DNA of 64,000 nt from a virus. This document shows, in pieces, positions 1-6,478 of this stretch. The notes beneath the pieces are model-generated. The model did no database searches, was not told the DNA's origin, and worked only from the letters and a program-made list of their open reading frames with translations. The stretch is taken from IMG/VR virus record IMGVR_UViG_3300024344_003209, positions 35,224 to 99,223 of that record. One strand, written 5' to 3'. The position numbers and the translations under genes were made by a program. Each line of letters begins with the position of its first letter. Position 1 is the first letter of the stretch.

Positions 1-916
1 ACTCTGATCCTTTATGGAAAAACACCCCATCAGCTGAATCTATTTTAGAATCTGGCTCAAGTAAAACGCTGTTTGCCTCGTTAGCCCATTCCTTATACCC
101 TGTAGCATTTGTTATAACTGCATGCTTACCTATAGCTACAGAGTGAAACTCAGGCAAACCCCATCCTTCGCCGCCAGAGCAACCTAGGATTATGTCAGCG
201 GAGTTTAAGTAATCATTGTATACATCATTCTTAGACATGAAATCAAGAAATTGTATATTAAAATATTTCTTTCCGCCTAACATTCTATTGATCAATACTG
301 GCATTTCTTTTTTTAGAAAATGATTGTGTATCGAACATTGCAGGTGGTACTTTTTATCTCCTCCAAATCTTTTAGCCCAAGACTGAATTACTTTCTGATG
401 TCTTTTTCTTTTTTCTAGCTTTCCGCAAAGATTGAACACTATTCTTTCGTCATCGTAATACTGCTTGTCTAGCTTAGAAAAATGTAACGAATCAAAACCT
501 AAAGGTATTACGGTGGTGTGACGAACGTCTTCTTTAAGAAAGACATCTTTTGAGTGTTGGCAGGTGAAGGCTAGCTTATCAATATTATTAGCTATGTTAA
601 TTTCTGACTCAGTTGGGGAATCTAACTCATAAAATGAAAGCATAACATTCCTTCTTGAAGGATTGTCTAATGCAGTAGCGTTCAAATGCCATAATTGAAA
701 AACTGGATTTTCTTTACTATGTTTCGAAGATGATTTTCTTATGCAGTCCTTAAGCCATTGAATAAATTTAGGATCCAAACTGTAAGCGGAAATATCTTCG
801 TTTATAGGGAATAAGCAAGGCTCAAGCCCCTGTTTGTATAGCTCATTTAAGATACAAATAGAGACTTGGCCAAAGCTTAGACCGTTAACAGGTAGTTTTA
901 AAGCGAAATCGCTCAC
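1..916 (-). CDS. GT4-family (GT-B) glycosyltransferase, runs off the window edge
   Basis: Not in the ORF track; translated by hand. GTG at 916 overlaps the TGA of the upstream gene (GTGA) and the frame stays open to position 1. Contains GKLEKRK and SGGEGWGLPEFHSVAIG (E-G-x-G-L-P motif of GT4). Confidence 0.85.
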   Translation of the reverse strand, partial: MSDFALKLPVNGLSFGQVSICILNELYKQGLEPCLFPINEDISAYSLDPKFIQWLKDCIRKSSSKHSKENPVFQLWHLNATALDNPSRRNVMLSFYELDSPTESEINIANNIDKLAFTCQHSKDVFLKEDVRHTTVIPLGFDSLHFSKLDKQYYDDERIVFNLCGKLEKRKRHQKVIQSWAKRFGGDKKYHLQCSIHNHFLKKEMPVLINRMLGGKKYFNIQFLDFMSKNDVYNDYLNSADIILGCSGGEGWGLPEFHSVAIGKHAVITNATGYKEWANEANSVLLEPDSKIDSADGVFFHKGSE

Positions 917-1209
917 AGCAATGCTTCGCTTGTCTCCTCCTGAGTTTGTGTTTCCGCAGTGGCGGTTGTTGCCTCTCCTGTTGAACTAGCGGGCCTAGAA
1001 AGATAAATCCTAAAGTCAGGAGAATTCTCAGACTTCTTATCTTTATTATGGAAGGCCACTACGTTAATCTTTTTCTCCTCACCAAAATCTGTTTGGATTT
1101 TAATGTGCCCTGAGAAGTATTTACGGCCAGAACCTTGTGCTTCTTTTGTCCACAAGGCTCCTAGCTCTCTCTTCTCCCAATCGTTATTAGACTTACTTGT
1201 ATCAGCCAT
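913..1209 (-). CDS. DUF736-like small protein with acidic tail (possible ssDNA-binding protein)
   Basis: 98 aa with ELGALW, KYFSG and KKSENSPDFRIY motifs as in DUF736; has its own sigma70 promoter. Confidence 0.6.
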   Translation of the reverse strand: MADTSKSNNDWEKRELGALWTKEAQGSGRKYFSGHIKIQTDFGEEKKINVVAFHNKDKKSENSPDFRIYLSRPASSTGEATTATAETQTQEETSEALL

Positions 1210-1218
1210 ACTCCAATC

Positions 1219-1247
1219 AGTATATTACAAACCTAAACAGTTGTCAA
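1219..1247 (-). promoter_or_regulatory. sigma70-type promoter TTGACA-N17-TATACT
   Basis: Minus strand reads TTGACA actgtttaggtttgtaa TATACT, then 9 nt to the ATG at 1209. Confidence 0.8.
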
Positions 1248-1811
1248 GTTTTTTATTTTAATTTTTAGTATATCTGCTCCTCTCCTATGTAGATTTATCG
1301 CTGTCTGAGAACTAAAACCCAATTTTTTTCCTATCTCAGACCAAGTCATCTTTTTTTCAGAGAAATACCTAAGTGAGTATACTTCTGAAACCCTTTTATC
1401 TTTTATAGATGATAAAGCCTTGTTTAGCTCTTGCATTAGGCTTATTCTTTCCATAGGGTTTATTACGAATAAATTATCATCAGTATGTATTTTATTTTTA
1501 TACCTCTCCTTTAAAGCACATTGCTTTCTAGACTTATTCATTAAATGCAAACATTTATATTTAGTTATATTGCTTAACCAAGTACAAAAACTAACACCTT
1601 TATCTTTTTTAAAGCTTTTTACGGCTTCATAAATAATCATGTCTTTATCGTCTAAAATATCCGAAGGGTCAGCTCCGGACTGCTTTATTGAAGATATAAA
1701 CCTTGAATACATAGAGAGGAAAACTGGAGAGTATCTCTCTATCACAGAAGATAGAGAATCTTCGCATTCTTCATCTTGTACTTTTTTTATTTGGATATAA
1801 TAATTTTTCAT
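1233..1811 (-). CDS. Phage-encoded sigma70-family RNA polymerase sigma factor
   Basis: 192 aa with region-2-like YEAVKSF..KGVSFCTWL and region-4 HTH EVYSLRYF..MTWSEIGKKLGFSSQ. Confidence 0.8.
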   Translation of the reverse strand: MKNYYIQIKKVQDEECEDSLSSVIERYSPVFLSMYSRFISSIKQSGADPSDILDDKDMIIYEAVKSFKKDKGVSFCTWLSNITKYKCLHLMNKSRKQCALKERYKNKIHTDDNLFVINPMERISLMQELNKALSSIKDKRVSEVYSLRYFSEKKMTWSEIGKKLGFSSQTAINLHRRGADILKIKIKNLTTV

Positions 1812-1816
1812 AATTT

Positions 1817-1853
1817 AAAAATAAATAAAAAGGAGGATTCCGCAAGCGGAATC
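1817..1853 (-). terminator. Terminator/attenuator-like hairpin just upstream of the sigma gene
   Basis: GATTCCGC-TT-GCGGAATC inverted repeat (1836-1853), then CTCC and a U-rich run TTTTTATTTATTTTT on the minus strand. The gap before the U run is non-canonical. Confidence 0.45.
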
Positions 1854-2173
1854 GGCGTATTTTTTTAGTGTTTCGCTTGCGAGACGAAAGAAAGCTTTTT
1901 GGTAATAGGCACACCTCACCCAACTTACATAAGTAACAAAAACAATTACAAAAGAACGCCTTAGCTTCCATATTAGTTCTATTCGCAGGGGCTTATACCC
2001 TTTTCGACCCTTTTATTAAGAGCCTAGCTAATGACTTTCGTAATCTATTTTACTATATGATCTTGTAACAGTAGAACTTTCTTAGATGTTACTCCTCTCT
2101 AACGCCGCCTGCACCCGCTTGTAGCGTGCTACTATTCAGTAGCTTGAGAAGCCCCTTCGGGGTTGTTGGTCTC

Positions 2174-2215
2174 TTAAGAGTTTCCAGACTTGCTTACGCT
2201 TAAACTGTTAATCAT
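2174..2215 (-). CDS. Putative 13-aa leader peptide MINSLSVSKSGNS
   Basis: ATG lies 9 nt after the -10 box, the same geometry as real genes at the other promoters; TAA at 2174-2176. Confidence 0.3.
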   Translation of the reverse strand: MINSLSVSKSGNS

Positions 2216-2224
2216 ACTTTGAGT

Positions 2225-2253
2225 ATTATAAAATTAGCTTGACTTTTTGTCAA
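2225..2253 (-). promoter_or_regulatory. Perfect sigma70 promoter TTGACA-N17-TATAAT (leftward)
   Basis: tgtcaa at 2248-2253 and attata at 2225-2230 with a 17-bp spacer. Confidence 0.9.
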
Positions 2254-2267
2254 GTCTTTTTTAAAAT
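2239..2267 (+). promoter_or_regulatory. sigma70 promoter TTGACT-N17-TAAAAT (rightward, overlaps the leftward promoter)
   Basis: TTGACT at 2239-2244 and TAAAAT at 2262-2267; ATG at 2274 follows after 6 nt. Confidence 0.75.
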
Positions 2268-2273
2268 TTAAAA

Positions 2274-2678
2274 ATGAGCAGATTGAATTGGTTTCAGTAT
2301 GGCATGCAGCTAGCTAGGACAGCTTCTTTAAGAAGTGAAGATCCATACATACAAGTTGGCTGTTGTATTCTTAGGCCTGATAACAGTATAGCATCTTTAG
2401 GATACAACGGAGCTCCTCCCGGAGTAGATATCGATTGGTCAGACAGAAACGATAGAAGAAAACGAGTTATCCATGCTGAAACAAATGCTTTAAGGTTTAT
2501 AAGACCGGGAGAAGGAGATAGAATGTTTGTCACATTAATGCCTTGTTCTGAGTGCCTTAAGAATGCAGTGTCATACGGCATTAAGCGAATATTTTATGAA
2601 AAAATTTACGATTTTGATACATCTTCAGAAGAGCTAGCGGTAGAGTTTAAAGTAACACTACAACAAATAAATCCATGA
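2274..2678 (+). CDS. dCMP deaminase
   Basis: RSEDP..QVG, GYNG, HAE and PCSEC Zn-deaminase motifs. Confidence 0.92.
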   Translation: MSRLNWFQYGMQLARTASLRSEDPYIQVGCCILRPDNSIASLGYNGAPPGVDIDWSDRNDRRKRVIHAETNALRFIRPGEGDRMFVTLMPCSECLKNAVSYGIKRIFYEKIYDFDTSSEELAVEFKVTLQQINP

Positions 2679-3100
2679 TACTAGTAAAAATAAAGAAATT
2701 AAATAGCGAAGCTCAAATACCATCTAGAGCTACTTTGTCGGACGCAGGTTACGACCTTTACTCAAACGAATCGGGCTGTATACCACCTAACAGTAGATCA
2801 ATAGTAAAAACAGGTATCTCTATAGCTATACCTACGGGTTATTACGGCAGAGTCGCTCCTAGATCGGGTTTAGCAGTAAAGTTTGGCATAGACGTACTAG
2901 CGGGAGTAATAGATTCAGGGTATAGAGGAGAAATAGGAGTTGTTCTACAAAATCTTTCTAAGGATTCTTTTAACTTCAGAGAAGGAGATAGGATAGCTCA
3001 ATTGATCCTAGAACAGTGTAATAGTGTGGAGTGGGTTGAGCTAGACCAACTAGAGGACTCACAAAGATCAGATGGAGGCTTTGGCAGCACAGGTAATTAA
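2675..3100 (+). CDS. dut: Trimeric dUTPase
   Basis: All five motifs present: AGYDL, PRSGLA, GVIDSGYRGE, GDRIAQL, R..GGFGSTG. Confidence 0.97.
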   Translation: MILVKIKKLNSEAQIPSRATLSDAGYDLYSNESGCIPPNSRSIVKTGISIAIPTGYYGRVAPRSGLAVKFGIDVLAGVIDSGYRGEIGVVLQNLSKDSFNFREGDRIAQLILEQCNSVEWVELDQLEDSQRSDGGFGSTGN

Positions 3101-3446
3101 GACAGTAGCGGCTTCTTTTGCTGCTTCTGGAATTTTATTAATATGGTTTAATACTGATTCTTTTGTTCAGTATATTAAGTTGTTTAGGCTATCTAAGTTT
3201 ACTTATATAAAAGAGTATGAACAAGAGCTTTTCGAAAACCCTGATTTAAAATATTTAGATTTTGCTTATTTTAAAGAGCCATCTTTTTTTAATAAATTAA
3301 TTAGCTGTCCTTATTGTTTATCTTTTTGGATATCTTTAGTGTCTGCTTTTATAGCTACTGATAACTTTTTATTAGGTTTTGTTGTCTACCCAATATCTCT
3401 AATAATCTACTTTAGTTTTATTAAAATTTTTTTAAAAGATGCCTAA
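3072..3446 (+). CDS. Small membrane protein with CPYC motif (DUF1360-like)
   Basis: Three hydrophobic segments and LISCPYCLSFW. Confidence 0.6.
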   Translation: MEALAAQVIKTVAASFAASGILLIWFNTDSFVQYIKLFRLSKFTYIKEYEQELFENPDLKYLDFAYFKEPSFFNKLISCPYCLSFWISLVSAFIATDNFLLGFVVYPISLIIYFSFIKIFLKDA

Positions 3447-3741
3447 AGGACTACTAGTTTTAAACGGTTGCGGTAAATTTTGTTCTTTACTTTTGTCTAA
3501 GCCTATGGTAATATTAAAAATACCGGCGCTAAAGCGTTTAATTGATCAATGTTCAGTTTCTTTAACAGGCTGTAATTGCAGCAGGAAAGACAGAAACAGA
3601 CTAGCTCAGAAAGGTGCATTTGAAATACTTTCTAAACTAGATAACGAAGACAAAGATCATTTAAAGCAGCTCTACGACGAAAAAGAATACAAAGGCATAA
3701 ATGTTCAATTCGAAAGTATAAATAAAAATATCGTAATATGA
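3439..3741 (+). CDS. Hypothetical protein with Cys cluster
   Basis: 100 aa, overlaps both neighbours in operon fashion; CGKFC and GCNC. Confidence 0.65.
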   Translation: MPKGLLVLNGCGKFCSLLLSKPMVILKIPALKRLIDQCSVSLTGCNCSRKDRNRLAQKGAFEILSKLDNEDKDHLKQLYDEKEYKGINVQFESINKNIVI

Positions 3742-3941
3742 TAAGATCAGACGAAGAAAAAAAGAAGATGGTAGACATCAACAGGAAGATGGTAGACAAA
3801 GTAGTTAAAATCGTCGACTTGAATGACTCCTATTGGGTGGGCAAAATCATGGACGTAATAGATCATGAAACATTCTCTATACGAAAAAATAAAAATAGCG
3901 ACCCGAAAGACGTAAACATATTTAACGTACGGTCAATGTAA
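3738..3941 (+). CDS. Hypothetical small protein
   Basis: 67 aa with ATGA and TAATG couplings to its neighbours. Confidence 0.65.
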   Translation: MIRSDEEKKKMVDINRKMVDKVVKIVDLNDSYWVGKIMDVIDHETFSIRKNKNSDPKDVNIFNVRSM

Positions 3942-4507
3942 TGAACTTGTCTGAATTAAACATGTTCGATAGAGTATACTTCGAGGCAGACTTACCCTTA
4001 GATAAGCTGCCAGAAGAAATCCGAGGCCAAGATTTTTCTGAGTTAGAATTCCAAACTTCTGACCTAGGAAACGGTATGGACACTTGGTCTGTGTCTTCAG
4101 CAGGAGAATTATTTTTTCATGAAGTGGATCAGGAAATAGTTAAAGACTGCGATGAAGGCTTTGAGATTAAATCGAACCATAAAGGAATACGCAAGGCAGA
4201 AGAAACAACTTCTATTAATTTTTATAGAATTTTCGAAGGCGAAGAGAAAGACTACTGGGTTTCTTTTGATACCCTTTTTCACAAAGGAAAACTTGTATTG
4301 GTGGAGCTGAACGAATTAAATGAAGTAGATAAAGAAGAAAGGCAAAAAGCTAAGTCTCACGCAGAACAATTCATGAATGACATGAAAGCTAAGATGAATA
4401 AAAAGACTAATGTATTTTTCTCTCCTTTTAAATTTATTATAGGGCTGTCTTTAGTTGCTTTGAATTGGCTTGGCAGAAACTTATCTAAAATCCATTCTAA
4501 AATATGA
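3941..4507 (+). CDS. Hypothetical protein
   Basis: 188 aa, acidic, with a hydrophobic C-terminal segment; coupled start and stop. Confidence 0.7.
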   Translation: MNLSELNMFDRVYFEADLPLDKLPEEIRGQDFSELEFQTSDLGNGMDTWSVSSAGELFFHEVDQEIVKDCDEGFEIKSNHKGIRKAEETTSINFYRIFEGEEKDYWVSFDTLFHKGKLVLVELNELNEVDKEERQKAKSHAEQFMNDMKAKMNKKTNVFFSPFKFIIGLSLVALNWLGRNLSKIHSKI

Positions 4508-5094
4508 TCGGAATTAGTGGAATAGCAGCGTCTGGTAAGGATTTATTTTGCCGTCTCTTATTAAGAGAGGTTAAAGGGCACAGGATAGCTTTAGCAGACC
4601 AACTCAAGGAAGAGGTAAGACCTTACATCGTTTCTAAGTTCGGTATTGATGTAATAAATTGCTCAACTGAATCTAAAAACAAAGTGAGAGACCTCTTGGT
4701 TTTTTATGGAGGCTTAAAAAGATTCCAAACAGGAGGCAAATATTGGACTGATATAGCTCAGAAAAAAGTACAAGGGTGCAAAGGGACACCAATTGTAACA
4801 GACATTAGGTATGACGATCATAAAAATGACGAAGTCGACTGGGTAAAAGGAAAAAATAAAGGGGTTTTAGTTCATATAAGAAAATATTGGGAGACTGAAG
4901 GTTTATTCGAGATGAAAAGGCATTACTTTGACCCCCCAAATGAAGACGAAAAAAGAAATGATCCAAAACTTAGGTCTAAAGCAGATTATCATATTGAATG
5001 GCCTCATTTAGAAAACCAAACAACCAAACAAATCGAAGATACTTTAGAGCCATTTGCAAAAGAGTTTGCTGAATGGTATAAAAACAAGAGCTAA
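4504..5094 (+). CDS. Deoxynucleoside monophosphate kinase
   Basis: P-loop GISGIAASGKD plus LADQLK, R.LL..YG and IVTDIRY. Confidence 0.8.
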   Translation: MIGISGIAASGKDLFCRLLLREVKGHRIALADQLKEEVRPYIVSKFGIDVINCSTESKNKVRDLLVFYGGLKRFQTGGKYWTDIAQKKVQGCKGTPIVTDIRYDDHKNDEVDWVKGKNKGVLVHIRKYWETEGLFEMKRHYFDPPNEDEKRNDPKLRSKADYHIEWPHLENQTTKQIEDTLEPFAKEFAEWYKNKS

Positions 5095-5096
5095 TT

Positions 5097-5354
5097 ATGT
5101 TTTATAAAGCATTAAAAAAGAAATACGAAGCGGAGATCGAAGAGTCTTTAGTTACCCTTGGGATCTATATGAATAAAAGCGTTGGCATCGGGGAACATTC
5201 TGATCTAATCACAGAATTAGACAAATATGTGAATAAGCTTGCAGCGGCAGAAGATAGCTTAGAGACACTAGAGAGACATAAAGTCTCTATTTGTGCGACA
5301 GCCACCGGGACAGAAAGTACCGAAGCACTTCAAACCCACACCCTAAACACCTAA
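5097..5354 (+). CDS. Small coiled-coil phage protein
   Basis: 85 aa with a VGIGEHSD motif flanked by helices. Confidence 0.65.
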   Translation: MFYKALKKKYEAEIEESLVTLGIYMNKSVGIGEHSDLITELDKYVNKLAAAEDSLETLERHKVSICATATGTESTEALQTHTLNT

Positions 5355-5382
5355 AACCTTAGGAAATAATAGTTTTTTAGTT

Positions 5383-5398
5383 TGGCACGGAAATTGCA
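5383..5398 (+). promoter_or_regulatory. sigma54 (RpoN) -24/-12 promoter
   Basis: TGGCACG-GAAA-TTGCA is an exact match to TGGCACG-N4-TTGCW and lies in the gap directly before hsp20. Confidence 0.85.
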
Positions 5399-5410
5399 TA
5401 TATAAATACC

Positions 5411-5836
5411 ATGAGTAATACATTATCATTTAACAATATGGGCCTAAGTAACATATCAGACATGTTCAGATGGGCAGACGAAGCGCTTAGTCATACTTAT
5501 GACGATGACTGGATTAGTGCTTGGAGGACAGGAGCACCTAATAGAGCTACAGGAAAAGGTAACTCTATTTTTGAAGAATCAGAAGACTCCTATTCACTTT
5601 ACGTACCTTTAACTGGGCTCGGCAAAGAAGACGTTAATGTCTCCGTTTTAGATGGAGTCACTAAGCTAACAGCGAAAGGAAAAGTCGCAGGGCAGGAACT
5701 AGACATTTCTAAAACCTTTCCTCTTCCCGCAAAAGCCGACCCAGAAACTTTGGAAGCTAAAATGGAAAAAGGATTGCTGAGTATCTCAGTGCAAAAAAGG
5801 CAAAAGGATAAGCAAAAAGTAATAACAGTATCGTAA
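5411..5836 (+). CDS. Small heat-shock protein (Hsp20/alpha-crystallin)
   Basis: LTGLGKEDVNVSV, F.LP and AKMEKGLLSI motifs; C-terminal I-T-V motif. Confidence 0.9.
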   Translation: MSNTLSFNNMGLSNISDMFRWADEALSHTYDDDWISAWRTGAPNRATGKGNSIFEESEDSYSLYVPLTGLGKEDVNVSVLDGVTKLTAKGKVAGQELDISKTFPLPAKADPETLEAKMEKGLLSISVQKRQKDKQKVITVS

Positions 5837-5865
5837 GAGACAAATAGCAACCTTAAGCTTCTATT

Positions 5866-5897
5866 AAATCGCCCCCCGAGAGGGGGTGATTTTTTTT
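5866..5897 (+). terminator. Intrinsic terminator after hsp20
   Basis: AAATCGCCCCCC-GAGA-GGGGGTGATTT followed by a T run. Confidence 0.85.
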
Positions 5898-5898
5898 A

Positions 5899-5927
5899 TT
5901 GACATTTAGTTAAGTTCATCTTATAAT
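5899..5927 (+). promoter_or_regulatory. Perfect sigma70 promoter TTGACA-N17-TATAAT
   Basis: Boxes at 5899-5904 and 5922-5927; ATG at 5936. Confidence 0.9.
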
Positions 5928-5935
5928 CATAGGAC

Positions 5936-6478
5936 ATGATACAGTTTTACAAAGCAAACCCAAAGGTAACAGGAACAGCTTGTTCGTTCTCAGTAAACCC
6001 TAAAGACAAGTCTGTCTACGCCAGTTTAATTAAGCAAAAAAGCTGGGACGACAAAACTAAGACAGGAAGATTCGATGCGGACAGTAAGTGCATTACCAAA
6101 CTCAGCACGATGGAGCTTGGAGCTTTAATTCATGCTATAGAAAGCAAAACAGATTGGTCTGCATATCACGGAACGCAAACCAGAGCTACTAAAATGAACT
6201 TTTCTCCATATTCTCAAGGAGGTAATGAGGGTTTTAACTTTAGAGTTACGGCAGACTCAAAAGAAGATTCAGAAAATAAATCCACTTACTCAATGGGTTT
6301 CAGGTACGGAGAAGCAGAAGTTTTAAAGCAATACTTTGGTTTTTCTATGCAAGCTATATTCCAACAATCACACGAAGATATGCTAGCGTCAATGTCAGGA
6401 AATAAAAAGACTCCTTATTCTAACAAGTCTCAAACTCAAAAGAAAGAAGAGAGTGTAGACGAAGATGTCGTCTGGTAG
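5936..6478 (+). CDS. Whirly-like single-stranded DNA-binding protein
   Basis: Collinear resemblance to the plant Whirly domain (FYK; FD..SK..KLS..ELG.LI; YH; GF.F.V; E..VLK..F.F) and an SSB-like acidic tail EEESVDEDVVW. Confidence 0.6.
   Translation: MIQFYKANPKVTGTACSFSVNPKDKSVYASLIKQKSWDDKTKTGRFDADSKCITKLSTMELGALIHAIESKTDWSAYHGTQTRATKMNFSPYSQGGNEGFNFRVTADSKEDSENKSTYSMGFRYGEAEVLKQYFGFSMQAIFQQSHEDMLASMSGNKKTPYSNKSQTQKKEESVDEDVVW

Larger units (their letters stand above)
1817..2218 (-). ncRNA. Candidate ~400-nt structured RNA or long 5' leader
   Basis: Largest non-coding gap in the window. It starts at a perfect sigma70 promoter and is dense in hairpins: CCCC-GAA-GGGG, GCUACU-GAAU-AGUAGC, CGCU-ACA-AGCG, GUAACA..UGUUAC, GGCUCUU-AAUAA-AAGGGUC (G-U pairs favour the minus strand). 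Confidence 0.55.

Noticed and set aside
1771-1971. 66-aa Cys-rich ORF upstream of the sigma gene
   Set aside because: It overlaps the sigma gene out of frame, has no RBS and its Cys codons derive from a TG-rich tract within the hairpin region; probably spurious.
1817-2218. tmRNA, RNase P, SRP or group I intron identity for the structured region
   Set aside because: No tRNA-like ends or T-loop, no GAGGAAAGUCC, no SRP loop and no P/Q/R/S elements were recognisable by eye.
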